A DNA stretch of 64,000 nucleotides, taken from positions 2,157,384 to 2,221,383 of the forward strand of contig JAVKHP010000001.1 in NCBI GenBank assembly GCA_031459855.1. Reading direction: 5' to 3'. How positions within the stretch are numbered: the stretch's first letter is position 1; every line of letters starts with the position of its first letter. The notes below the pieces were generated by a model. It was not told the DNA's origin. It saw only the letters and a list, made by a program, of their open reading frames with translations, and searched no databases. The DNA is from Candidatus Fervidifonticultor primus (GTDB lineage Bacteria; Sysuimicrobiota; Sysuimicrobiia; Sysuimicrobiales; Humicultoraceae). Shown piece by piece: positions 48,853 to 57,931 of this stretch. The position numbers and the translations under genes were made by a program.

Positions 48853-49747
48853 CGCCGCCCCCCGTCCCGCATGGCTGAAGGTGCGCCTGCCGGGCGGCCC
48901 CGACTACGCCGACCTGGTGAGCATCATGCGCGCGCAGCAGATGCACACCGTCTGCGAGGAGGCCCGCTGTCCCAACATCGGCGAGTGCTGGGGCCGGCGC
49001 ACCGCCACCTTCCTGATCCTGGGGAACGTCTGCACGCGCCGCTGTGGCTACTGCGCCGTGGCCCACGGGCTGCCCACCGAGCTCGACCGCGCGGAACCGG
49101 CCCGCCTGGCCGCAGCGGTGGCGGCCATGGGCCTGCGCCACGCCGTCGTCACCTCGGTCACCCGCGACGACCTGGCCGACGGCGGCGCGGCGATCTACGC
49201 CGAGACGATCCGGCAGATCCACCGGCGCGTGCCGGCCTGCACCGTCGAGGTGCTCGTGCCCGACTTCAAGGGTAATCCCGAGGCGCTGCGGGTGGTGCTG
49301 GACGCCAACCCCGAGATCCTGGGGCACAACATCGAGGCCCCGCGGCGCATCTTCGCGATCGTGCGCCCGGGCGGCGACTACGACCGGTCGCTGGAGCTGT
49401 TGCGCCGCGTCAAGGAGTGGGGCTACACCTCGTTCACCAAGAGCAGCATCATCCTGGGCATGGGCGAGACGGTCGACGAGGTCCTCGCGACGATGGACGA
49501 CCTGCGGGCCGTCGACGTCGACGTGCTCACGCTGGGCCAGTACCTGCGCCCGGGCCCGGAGTTTCATCCCATCGACCGGTACTACACGCCCGAGGAGTTC
49601 GCCTGGCTGCGCGAGGAGGGCCTGCGCCGCGGGTTCCGCTACGTCGAGGCCGGCCCACTGGTGCGCTCCTCGTACCGCGCCGACGTCCAGGCGCAGGCTG
49701 TGCGTGCCTACCGGGCGCGCCTGGGGGCTGTGCCGGCAGCCGACTAG
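48842..49747 (+). CDS. lipA: lipoyl synthase (radical SAM)
   Basis: CEEARCPNIGECW and CTRRCGYCAV cluster motifs. 11-bp overlap with the E2 gene. Confidence 0.93.
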   Translation: MPVDAAPRPAWLKVRLPGGPDYADLVSIMRAQQMHTVCEEARCPNIGECWGRRTATFLILGNVCTRRCGYCAVAHGLPTELDRAEPARLAAAVAAMGLRHAVVTSVTRDDLADGGAAIYAETIRQIHRRVPACTVEVLVPDFKGNPEALRVVLDANPEILGHNIEAPRRIFAIVRPGGDYDRSLELLRRVKEWGYTSFTKSSIILGMGETVDEVLATMDDLRAVDVDVLTLGQYLRPGPEFHPIDRYYTPEEFAWLREEGLRRGFRYVEAGPLVRSSYRADVQAQAVRAYRARLGAVPAAD

Positions 49748-49974
49748 ACCCGGGCCTTTCTCCTGGCACCGCGGGGTGAACCGGGCCGGGTCCCGGTGGT
49801 GTAGTTCCGATGGTGCAGCAGTGAGGGGGCATTCCCGGCCGAGGACGCAGGACGCAGACGGTCAGGTTCCCGCCGGGAGTCCGGTCCGATGACCATCGGG
49901 TGCGGAGTGGGGCATGGAGCGCTGAAAAAGCGGTGAACGCGGTCTGCCAGAGGCTGCACAAGGAGGTATGCGAC

Positions 49975-50109
49975 ATGGTTAAGCTCGTGTTCGGCATGAA
50001 CGTGTCCTTGGACGGGTACGTCGACCACACGGCCTGTTCGCCAAGTCTCACGCTCTTCCGCCACTTCGTCGAGGAGGCACAGAGACAGGCGGGTAGTGTT
50101 TCAGTTTGA
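49975..50109 (+). pseudogene. N-terminal 44-codon fragment of a RibD_C / dihydrofolate-reductase-like family gene
   Basis: MVKLVFGMNVSLDGYVD... matches the family N-terminus (..v.SLDG[FY]i..) but stops after 44 codons; family members are ~170-200 aa. AGGAGG SD 8 nt upstream. Lies in a lower-GC stretch. Confidence 0.5.
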
Positions 50110-50262
50110 CCTATGTCCCCGCGTAGCCTCTCGAGGCGCGGGGGCGGAGTCTTCAGGCATGTGGCATGCGGGCAGCAGCTCCGCACGGCCTCACGACGGC
50201 ATGCACTTGATGGGCTTCGCCTGCAGGTGATGTTGCAGCCGTGAGCTGAAGGAGGTCACCTC

Positions 50263-50754
50263 ATGGCGTCCCGGGTGCAATCGAGGATATTTCCGCATCT
50301 TTGGTACTCAGGAGGAGCCGAAGAGGCAGCGAGATTTTACGTGTCCATCTTTCCCGACTCACGCGTCGATCACATAACAGTGCTTCCCAGCGAAACGCCG
50401 AGCGGCCCGCCGGGATCGGTCAAGGTGGTCGATTTCACCCTGCTCGGCCAGCGATTTCAGGCAATCAGTGCGGGCCCACATCATGACTTTAATGACGCCG
50501 TGTCGATCGTTGTCCTGTGCGAGGATCAGGAGGAGATTGACCGCTATTGGCGTGCGCTCCTCGAGGGCGGTGGGCAAGCACAGGCATGTGGATGGCTCAT
50601 CGATCGCTTCGGCCTACGATGGCAAATCGTGCCCGCCGTTCTGGATGAGATGATGCGCGACCCAGACCCGGCTCGCTTAAAGCGAGTCATCGATGCGATG
50701 TTGAAGATGGTGAAACTGGACATAGCCGCGCTTCAGCATGCGTACGCCGCGTGA
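50263..50754 (+). CDS. VOC-superfamily protein of the PhnB / 3-demethylubiquinone-9 3-methyltransferase-domain type
   Basis: IFPHLWYSGGAEEAARFYVSIFPDS...FTLLGQRFQAISAGP...CGWLIDRFGLRWQIVP. GGAGG SD upstream. About 50-55% GC. Confidence 0.8.
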   Translation: MASRVQSRIFPHLWYSGGAEEAARFYVSIFPDSRVDHITVLPSETPSGPPGSVKVVDFTLLGQRFQAISAGPHHDFNDAVSIVVLCEDQEEIDRYWRALLEGGGQAQACGWLIDRFGLRWQIVPAVLDEMMRDPDPARLKRVIDAMLKMVKLDIAALQHAYAA

Positions 50755-50778
50755 AGATCGGCTCCCCCATCGAATCCA

Positions 50779-51356
50779 GTGAGTCCTAATTTTCTGCAGG
50801 ACTGCCATCGGAACAGTCTTAGCCTCGACGGCTACATGGCGCCGGATGGCATGGACATGGCGCACTGCAGCGAACCGGCCTACAGCAACTGGGGCGTCAA
50901 GTGGGAGGTACTGATGGCATGGGCGCTCAATCAACAGTACGGGCGCGAGAAGCTGACGCTAGGTCCTGGTGGCTTCTTGATAGCCCCTTGGCCACAGATG
51001 TGCGGTATGTGCGTGAATGAGTGAGGGTCGCCCATCGGTCATGTCTCGCTCCGCGAAGCTCATCGGGTGCTCGCACGAGGACGAACCGTTGGTCGCTCCC
51101 GTTGCGGGTGTGCCGGCACAGGGACGGGCGGTACCGGATGCGCTCCGATAGGTCGTGGGTCCGTCCCGGCGGCAGCGTCATCGACAAGGTCGCCCCGACA
51201 CAAGCGTAACCTGCATGCCTTCCCTTGTTCGACGGCAAGGCCAACGTGAGGGCCGGTATCGTCAAGCGGAAGGTTTCGGCCCCGGTGATCGTCGGCATCT
51301 CGACGTGGGGGATGCTCGGGCGGGGCGATACGGTCGGGATTCCTCATCACTTCTAG
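50779..51356 (+). pseudogene. probable frameshifted remnant of a second RibD_C / DHFR-like gene
   Basis: The first frame gives SLSLDGYMAPDG... and then breaks. Only short ORFs (60-81 aa) occur in all three + frames over ~580 bp. Later frames show weak family-like strings (SHEDEPLVAPVAG; LPLFDG). By-eye call only. Confidence 0.35.
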
Positions 51357-51369
51357 GGAGAGAAGCCCT

Positions 51370-52017
51370 ATGACACAGTCTGCTCATGCGGCTCGAGTCC
51401 GGCTGAGTGCTGCCGCTCTCGCTGTCGCCGGCATCTTGTTTGTGCTGTATCCGGCGATCAGGCCCTTTTCCGATGAGGCATCCTTGCACGGTGCTGCGGC
51501 CTTCGCATCAACCGAGTGGTTGGTGGCTCACGTGCTCGCCATCGTGGCGTTCACACTGCTCCCGCTGGGCTTGCTTGGTCTTCATGGCACCGTGCGACAG
51601 GCAGTCGCGGAGCGCCACGCATATGGAGCGGTCGTGTTGAGCCTGATCGGGACGGGTCTCACCGTGCCCTTTTACGGGGCTGAGGCGTACGGCCTGTACG
51701 CGATCGGGCAAGCGGCTGTTCGTCAACAGAACGCCGCCCTGCTGACGCAGGTGGCTGTGGTACGGTCCGGTGCAGGTCTCGTCATTTTTCTTGTGGGGCT
51801 CTTGCTCCTGGCCATGGCCGCAGTCATGGCTGCCATCGCCGTCTGGAACTCCGGGCGGTATCCAAAGGGGAGCGGCATTCCCATGGCAGTCGGCGTGGGG
51901 CTATACGTTCCGCAGTTTTTCTGGACGCAGCCCTTCCGAGTGGCCCACGGCGTGTTGGTCGCCGTTGGCTGTCTTTGGATCGCCGTAGGCGTGTGGTCGC
52001 AGGGCAAGGCACCATGA
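51370..52017 (+). CDS. hypothetical integral membrane protein (~6 TM helices)
   Basis: 215 aa with repeated hydrophobic spans (AALAVAGILFVLYPAI, VAHVLAIVAFTLLPLGLLGL, GLVIFLVGLLLLAMAAVMAAIAV). GGGAGAG SD upstream. About 58% GC. Confidence 0.6.
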   Translation: MTQSAHAARVRLSAAALAVAGILFVLYPAIRPFSDEASLHGAAAFASTEWLVAHVLAIVAFTLLPLGLLGLHGTVRQAVAERHAYGAVVLSLIGTGLTVPFYGAEAYGLYAIGQAAVRQQNAALLTQVAVVRSGAGLVIFLVGLLLLAMAAVMAAIAVWNSGRYPKGSGIPMAVGVGLYVPQFFWTQPFRVAHGVLVAVGCLWIAVGVWSQGKAP

Positions 52018-52068
52018 GACGCTCTGGGTGCCCGCGCCACGCCCGCAGGCCGACCGTCGCCCGGCGCA

Positions 52069-53100
52069 TCAGCGGGGCTGGCGGGCCAGTTCCTTCTCCT
52101 TCTTCTCCATGATGGCCGAGGAGTGGCCGGGGAACACCGAGGCGTGCGGGTCGAGGTAGGTCGCGGCGTTGTTCACCGCGGTGGCCGCCTCGCCAAACCC
52201 CGTCGCGATCAACTTCAGCTTGCCCGGGAACGTGGCGATGTCGCCGGCCGCGTAGACGCCCGGCAGGTTGGTCTCCATCTTGGTGTTGACGACGATGGCG
52301 TCACCCTCCAGCTGCAGCCCCCACTGGGCGATGGGGCCCAGGTTGGAGACCAGCCCGAGGAACGCCAGCACGGCGTCCACCCGCAGCACTTCTTCCTGCC
52401 CGGTGCGGTTGTTGACGATCACGGCCTCCTCGACGTGCGGGTCGCCCCGCAGCGCCCGCAGCTCGTAGAACAGCTTGACGGTGATCGGCGACTCGAACAG
52501 CTTCCTGACGCTGTCGGCGTGGGCGCGAAAGCCATCGCGGCGGTGGATGAGCGTGATGCTCCTGGCGTAGGGGAGCAGGTTCAGCGCCCAGTCCAGGGCG
52601 GAGTCGCCGCCCCCGACCACCAGCAGGGTCTTGTCGCGGAACTCCTCCTTGCGCCGCACAGCGAAGTAGAGCCCGCGGCCCTCGTAGCGGTCGAGTTCGG
52701 GACGCCGGTAGGTCTTGGGGGTGAAGGCGCCGATGCCCGCCGTGATGATCACCACCCGACTCCGGTGCCGCCCCAGGGTGGTCCCGAGCTCGATGATCCC
52801 ATCGGGCCCCCGCTGCAGCGTGCGGACCTCCTCGTTCAGGCAGACGGTGGGTTCATACTGCATGGCCTGCTCCACGAGGTTCGCCACCAGGTCCTTCCCC
52901 AGGATCTTGGGGAAACCGGCCACGTCGTAGATGTACTTGTCCGGGTAGAGCGCGGTGATCTGGCCTCCCAGATCGGGCTGGCTGTCGATCAGCTTGGTCC
53001 GGAAGCCGCGGAACCCGGCGTAGTAGGCGGCGAAGAGGCCGGTGGGCCCGGCGCCGATGATGGTGACGTCGTAGAGTTCGTGGGCCTGCGTCTCGTCCAT
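52069..53100 (-). CDS. ferredoxin-NADP+ reductase, thioredoxin-reductase-like (YumC type)
   Basis: YDVTIIGAGPTGLFAAYYAG, VVGGGDSALDWA, GVYAAGDIATFPGKLKLIATGFGEAA. Start trimmed to MDETQAH (ATG at 53100, GGAGG SD). Confidence 0.9.
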   Translation of the reverse strand: MDETQAHELYDVTIIGAGPTGLFAAYYAGFRGFRTKLIDSQPDLGGQITALYPDKYIYDVAGFPKILGKDLVANLVEQAMQYEPTVCLNEEVRTLQRGPDGIIELGTTLGRHRSRVVIITAGIGAFTPKTYRRPELDRYEGRGLYFAVRRKEEFRDKTLLVVGGGDSALDWALNLLPYARSITLIHRRDGFRAHADSVRKLFESPITVKLFYELRALRGDPHVEEAVIVNNRTGQEEVLRVDAVLAFLGLVSNLGPIAQWGLQLEGDAIVVNTKMETNLPGVYAAGDIATFPGKLKLIATGFGEAATAVNNAATYLDPHASVFPGHSSAIMEKKEKELARQPR

Positions 53101-53157
53101 GAACGCCTCCGCCCCTTCGGGTTCCGTGCCAACCGCTACCCGAGGTGATCGTGCCCC

Positions 53158-53163
53158 ATTGTA
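53158..53163 (-). promoter_or_regulatory. candidate -10 (TACAAT) for the FNR gene
   Basis: Reverse complement of ATTGTA at 53158-53163. No good -35. Confidence 0.3.
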
Positions 53164-53364
53164 CCCGTTTCTTGACACGAATTCCCACCCGTGCCAGTGT
53201 TAGGACGAGTCCGGTGTGGTCGTGCGCCACCGGTGCGCCGGCAGCGAGCTGCCGGCGCGGGACGAAGCGGACGTCGCCCGGTCCGAGCGCGCCCCTGTAC
53301 GCCGGGGCGTCGCCGCCGGGAATAGGGGTGGCCGGGCGGTCGTCGGGAACGACGGGGGAGGAGC

Positions 53365-54546
53365 ATGGCGGTTCAGACGCAGCGCGGCGCCACGCCGCTG
53401 TTGACGAAGGAGCAGCTGACCCGCTACTCGCGGCAGATCATCCTCGAGGAGCTGGGGGTGGCGGGGCAGCGCAAGCTGCTGGACAGCAAGGTGCTGATCG
53501 TGGGCGCCGGCGGGCTGGGGTCGCCGTCGGCGCTCTACCTGGCGGCGGCCGGGGTGGGGACGCTGGGCATCGTCGACGGCGATCGCGTGGACCTGTCGAA
53601 CCTGCACCGCCAGATCCTGCACTTCACGCACGACATCGGTCGGCCCAAGACGCAGTCGGCGCAGCGGACCCTGGAGGACGTCAACCCCGACGTCACGGTC
53701 GTGCCGTACCAGACCACCCTCACCTCGGAGAACGCCCTGGAGATCGTCCGTGACTACGACGTGGTCGTCAACGGCAGCGACAACTTCCCCACGCGCTACC
53801 TGGTCAACGACGCGTGCGTCCTGCTGCGCAAGCCCCTGGTGGACGCCAGCATCCTGAAGTGGGAAGGCCAGGCCACGGTCTTCCTGCCCGGGCGGGGCTG
53901 CTACCGGTGCCTGTTTCCGACGCCCCCACCGCCGGGGTCGGTGCCGTCGTGCGCCGAGGGCGGCATCGTGGGCGCCGTGGCCGGCTACATGGGCACGCTG
54001 CAGGCCATCGAGGCCATCAAGATCCTGCTGGGGGTCGGCGAGACCCTGGCCAACCGGCTGCTGCTCTTCGATGCGCTGCAGGGCGAGGTGCGCACGCTGC
54101 GGTGGACGCGCAACCCCGCCTGCCCGGCGTGCGGCGACCACCCCACGATCACGGCGCTGATCGACTACGAGCAGTTCTGCGGCCTGCCAGGGCGCCAGCA
54201 CGCGCCCGCGGCGACCGAGGAGGGAGTTCCAGCCGTCGATCCCGAGGAGGCCTACCGCCTGGTGGCGGAGGGCGCGCAGCTGATCGACGTGCGCGAGCCG
54301 TGGGAGTGGGCGATGGTGCGGATCCCGGGCGCCGTGCTGATCCCCATGGGCGAGGTGCTGCAGCGCACCTCCGAGATCGACCCCAACCGCCCGGTGGTGG
54401 TGCAGTGCGCCACCGGCGCGCGCAGCGCGAAGGTGACGGAACTGCTGCGCCAGGCCGGGTACGCCCGCGCGTACAACCTGGCCGGCGGCATCGTGGAGTG
54501 GCAGAACCGCCAGTTGCCGGTCGAGACGGGCGACGGACGGCGGTAA
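53365..54546 (+). CDS. moeB: MoeB/ThiF-type adenylyltransferase fused to a C-terminal rhodanese domain (MoeZ-like)
   Basis: YSRQIIL, VLIVGAGGLGSP, CYRC and CPAC zinc motifs. The rhodanese active-site loop is VVQCATGARS. Confidence 0.9.
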   Translation: MAVQTQRGATPLLTKEQLTRYSRQIILEELGVAGQRKLLDSKVLIVGAGGLGSPSALYLAAAGVGTLGIVDGDRVDLSNLHRQILHFTHDIGRPKTQSAQRTLEDVNPDVTVVPYQTTLTSENALEIVRDYDVVVNGSDNFPTRYLVNDACVLLRKPLVDASILKWEGQATVFLPGRGCYRCLFPTPPPPGSVPSCAEGGIVGAVAGYMGTLQAIEAIKILLGVGETLANRLLLFDALQGEVRTLRWTRNPACPACGDHPTITALIDYEQFCGLPGRQHAPAATEEGVPAVDPEEAYRLVAEGAQLIDVREPWEWAMVRIPGAVLIPMGEVLQRTSEIDPNRPVVVQCATGARSAKVTELLRQAGYARAYNLAGGIVEWQNRQLPVETGDGRR

Positions 54547-54607
54547 GCGGTCCGGCGGCCAGGCGGCCGGGCGGTCGGTAGGGCCCGGGCGTCACGGGCC
54601 GGGCGCC

Positions 54608-55639
54608 ATGCGACAGGCGATCTTGCGCGGGCCGCGCGCCCTGGACCTCGCCGAGGTCCCGATGCCCGAGCCGGGCCCGGGCGAGGTCGTCGTCCGCGTG
54701 CGCGCGGCGCTGACCTGCGGGACCGACCTCAAGACCTTTCGCCGCGGGCATCCCCGTCTGCCGTTTGGCCCCTTCGGCCATGAGGCCGCCGGCGACGTCG
54801 CGGCGGTGGGCGAGGGGGTGCGCCACGTCGTGCCCGGCCAGGCCGTGGTCTTCGTGCCCACGGCGCCCTGTGGCGCGTGCGCTCCCTGCCAGCGCGGCCG
54901 CGAGAACCTCTGCGTCCGTCTCTTCGACGCTGTCGCCCTCGGCGCGTACGCCGACGCGATTCGCCTGCCCGCGCGTGTGGTCGCGCGGCACCTCTTCCCC
55001 AAACCCGGCGGGCTTGGCTACGCCGAGGCCGCATGCCTGGAGCCGCTGGCGTGTGTCGTCCACGGCTGGCGCCGCCTGGGCGCGGTCACCGGCCCGGTGG
55101 CGGTGGTTGGGGTCGGGCCGATCGGCCTGCTGTTCGTGCAGGTGGCGGCGGGCTGTGGGCTCGCGGTGGTGGCCGTCGGGCGCCGACCGGAGGGGCTTGC
55201 GCGAGCCCGGGCCTGCGGGGCCACCGGTGTGCTCGACGCATCGGGGCTCGACGACGTGGGCGAGGCGTTGCGCGCGCTGTGCGGGCCCGACGGTCCGGAG
55301 GTGCTGGTTGAAGCCACCGGGGCACAGGCCGTGTGGGAGGCTGCTCCCGGGTGGGTGGCGCCCGGTGGTCGCGTGCTGCTCTTCGGCGGGCTGGCCGGTG
55401 GCAGCCGTCCGGCGTTCGACGCCGCGCGGCTGCACTACAGCGAAGTGGACCTGATCGGCGCCTTCCACTACACGACGGCCGAGGTCCGGCAGGCCCTGGA
55501 TCTGCTGGCGGCGGGGAAGATCCGCCCGGAGCCGCTGATCGCGTCCTGGCGGCCACTGAGCGCGATCCGCGAGGTCTTCGACGAACTCGACCGTGGGGCC
55601 GGGCCCAAGGTCGCGGTACTGCCCGACGGCGCGCCGTGA
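54608..55639 (+). CDS. zinc-dependent medium-chain alcohol/polyol dehydrogenase
   Basis: CGTDLKTF, GHEAAGDV, structural Zn CGACAPCQRGRENLC, GVGPIGLL. Confidence 0.85.
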   Translation: MRQAILRGPRALDLAEVPMPEPGPGEVVVRVRAALTCGTDLKTFRRGHPRLPFGPFGHEAAGDVAAVGEGVRHVVPGQAVVFVPTAPCGACAPCQRGRENLCVRLFDAVALGAYADAIRLPARVVARHLFPKPGGLGYAEAACLEPLACVVHGWRRLGAVTGPVAVVGVGPIGLLFVQVAAGCGLAVVAVGRRPEGLARARACGATGVLDASGLDDVGEALRALCGPDGPEVLVEATGAQAVWEAAPGWVAPGGRVLLFGGLAGGSRPAFDAARLHYSEVDLIGAFHYTTAEVRQALDLLAAGKIRPEPLIASWRPLSAIREVFDELDRGAGPKVAVLPDGAP

Positions 55640-56670
55640 GCGTGGTGCAGCCCACGACGACCCGGGCCGTGGTCTGGCGAGCGCCCGACGACCTGCGCCT
55701 GGAGGAGCTCCCGCTTCCGACGCTGGGTCCAGGCGACGTCCTGCTGCGCATCACGGCGTGCGGACTGTGCCCCGGCGAGACGATGGACTGGTACATGGCG
55801 CGCAAGGCGCCGGTCGTCCTGGGCCACGAGGCCGTGGGGGTCGTCGTCGAGGCAGGCCCTGACGCGGCGTTCGCCCCGGGCACGCGCCTGTTCGTCCACC
55901 ACCACGCACCGTGTCTTGCCTGCGCCGCCTGCCGGCGCGGCGACCACGTGCACTGCGCGGCATGGCGGCCGCGTCGGCTGCTGCCGGGCGGTCTGGCCAC
56001 CTATGCGGTGGCCCAGGCGGCGGCGCTCGTCACCGATGCGCACGTGGTACCCGCCGGCCTCGACGACGTCACGGCGACGTTCATCGAACCGCTGGCGTGT
56101 GTGGTCAAGTCGTTGCGGCGGGCGCGGGTGCGGCCGGGCGCCCGCGTGCTGGTGCTCGGCCTGGGCGTGATGGGGCTGCTGCACCTGCTGGCAGCCCGCC
56201 GGCTAGAGCCGGAGGTGCTGATCGGCGCCGATCGCTTGGCTGGCCGCGTCGCCATCGCCCGGCCCTTCGCCGACGTCGTGCTCGACGTGACCCAGGACGT
56301 CCTCCCCGAGGCCGTACGTGCAGCGACCGGCGGGGAGGGCGCCGACGCGGTGATCGTCGGGCCCGGCGCCATCGACGCGCTGGACGCCGGCGTGGCGTGC
56401 GCGGCGCCGGGCGGCACCGTGCTGCTGTTTGCGCCCACGCCACCGGAGGTCCGCTGGGCGGTGGCACCCCATGACCTCTTCTTCCGGGAGGTGAGCCTCG
56501 TGGCCAGTTACTCGGCAGGACCACCGGACACCCGGGAGGCTCTGGCGCTGTTGACGACCGGGCTGCCGGTACAGGCGCTCGTGACGCACCGGTTGCCGCT
56601 GGCCGAGGCGGCGGCCGGCTACGCGTTGCTGCGCAGGGCAGCGGCGCTCAAGGTGGTGGTGCAGCCGTGA
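55636..56670 (+). CDS. second zinc-dependent medium-chain dehydrogenase
   Basis: GTG at 55636 overlaps the upstream stop (GTGA). CGLCPGE, GHEAVGVV, CLACAACRRGDHVHC, GLGVMGLL. Confidence 0.8.
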   Translation: MSVVQPTTTRAVVWRAPDDLRLEELPLPTLGPGDVLLRITACGLCPGETMDWYMARKAPVVLGHEAVGVVVEAGPDAAFAPGTRLFVHHHAPCLACAACRRGDHVHCAAWRPRRLLPGGLATYAVAQAAALVTDAHVVPAGLDDVTATFIEPLACVVKSLRRARVRPGARVLVLGLGVMGLLHLLAARRLEPEVLIGADRLAGRVAIARPFADVVLDVTQDVLPEAVRAATGGEGADAVIVGPGAIDALDAGVACAAPGGTVLLFAPTPPEVRWAVAPHDLFFREVSLVASYSAGPPDTREALALLTTGLPVQALVTHRLPLAEAAAGYALLRRAAALKVVVQP

Positions 56671-57194
56671 CGCCCGGGCCCGGGACGGGGAGCGCGTGCG
56701 AGGTGCCGTTCGTCGTCGCCGCCCGGCCCGGGGTGGCGCGTTTCGACCCGCGCACGTTCCGCTGGCAGGGAGTGCCCGCCGCCCCCTACAAGGAGCAGAC
56801 CGGCGGGCCGCTGGCGTGGCGGGACGTGGAGCGGTTCGTGCTGCTGGGCGGCCCGCGTGCGGGGACGGCCTTCGAGCTGCGCTACTTCGAGATCGCCCCC
56901 GGCGGGTACTCGTCGTGGGAGCGACACGCCCACGCGCACGCCATCGTGGTGCTGCGGGGCCGCGGCCGCGTGCGCATGGGCCGCCGCGTCGTGCGGGTGC
57001 GACCCTTCGACTTCGTCTTCATTCCCGCCGGGACGCCCCACCAGTTCCGCGCCGACGGTGCCCCGTTCGGGTTCCTCTGTCCGGTCGACGCCGTGCGCGA
57101 CGCGCCGCGTCCGGCCTCGCGCTTGCACCCGCCGCACCGGCGGGCTACAATGCCAGGGAGAGCACGGGGCCCGACGGGCAGGAGGCGCACATGA
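56667..57194 (+). CDS. cupin-domain protein
   Basis: GYSSWERHAHAHAIVVLRGRGRV...FIPAGTPHQF is a two-motif cupin core. GTGA overlap upstream and ATGA overlap downstream. Confidence 0.65.
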   Translation: MTPGPGTGSACEVPFVVAARPGVARFDPRTFRWQGVPAAPYKEQTGGPLAWRDVERFVLLGGPRAGTAFELRYFEIAPGGYSSWERHAHAHAIVVLRGRGRVRMGRRVVRVRPFDFVFIPAGTPHQFRADGAPFGFLCPVDAVRDAPRPASRLHPPHRRATMPGRARGPTGRRRT

Positions 57195-57562
57195 TCACCA
57201 TCACGGCGCAGGCGGCCGAGAAGCTGCAGGAGCTCCTGCGACAGCAGGACGATCCCCAGCTGCGGTTGCGCCTCTTCATCACCCGCGGCGGCTGCCACGG
57301 GTTCAGCTACGGGATGGCGTTCGACCGCGAGCGCCGGCCCGACGATCAGGTGGTGGCCCAGCACGGGGTCGAAGTCCTGGTGGACCCGGAGAGCCGCCGG
57401 CTCCTCGACGGCGCCCGGATCGACTACGTGCGGTCGATCGCGGGCGAGGGCTTCACGGTGCACAATCCCAATGCCGTCGAGACCTGCGGCTGCGGCCACT
57501 CGTTCCGCCACCGCGACGAGGCCGGTGAGCCCGATCCCTGCGACGACGCGCCGCAGGGCTGA
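57191..57562 (+). CDS. HesB/IscA/ErpA-family Fe-S cluster carrier (A-type)
   Basis: LRLFITRGGCHGFSYGM and C-terminal CGCGHSF. AGGAGG SD upstream. Confidence 0.88.
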   Translation: MITITAQAAEKLQELLRQQDDPQLRLRLFITRGGCHGFSYGMAFDRERRPDDQVVAQHGVEVLVDPESRRLLDGARIDYVRSIAGEGFTVHNPNAVETCGCGHSFRHRDEAGEPDPCDDAPQG

Positions 57563-57579
57563 GCGCAAGGAGGACGTCC

Positions 57580-57846
57580 ATGAGCGCTGGGGTGCAGACC
57601 TCCGACCACGACCAGAGCCTGCGCACTCGGGTGGAGCGCGTACTCGACGCGATCCGCCCCTACGTGCAGGGTGACGGTGGCGACATCGAACTGGTCGACA
57701 TCACCGACGACGGGATCGTGCAGATCCGGCTGGCGGGCGCCTGCGTGGGGTGCATGTACTCCATGATGACCCTGCAGGCCGGGATCGAGCGGATGCTCAA
57801 GCAGGAGATCCCGGAGCTGCGCGCCGTGGAGGCGGTGCCCTTCTAG
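57580..57846 (+). CDS. NifU C-terminal-like (Nfu) Fe-S carrier
   Basis: IRPYVQGDGGDIELVDI...LAGACVGCMYSMMTL (CxxC). AAGGAGG SD upstream. Confidence 0.85.
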   Translation: MSAGVQTSDHDQSLRTRVERVLDAIRPYVQGDGGDIELVDITDDGIVQIRLAGACVGCMYSMMTLQAGIERMLKQEIPELRAVEAVPF

Positions 57847-57872
57847 CCCGCAGGCACCGGCTGTCCGCTCGG

Positions 57873-57905
57873 GGCCCCGGGGCGTTGCCCGCGCGGGGCC
57901 TTTTT
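57873..57905 (+). terminator. rho-independent terminator after the Nfu gene
   Basis: GGCCCCG-n14-CGGGGCC, immediately followed by TTTTT (57901-57905). Confidence 0.6.
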
Positions 57906-57931
57906 GTCGGAGGCGACACGGAGGGCGGCAG

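Noticed and set aside
49744-51298. Minus-strand ORFs in the low-GC islet (49744..50064, 50677..50934, 50927..51298) as genes or transposase remnants.
   Set aside because: They have no recognisable family motifs and no SD boxes, and they lie antisense to the RibD_C-like fragments. No inverted repeats, integrase or transposase signatures are present, so I cannot call a mobile element.
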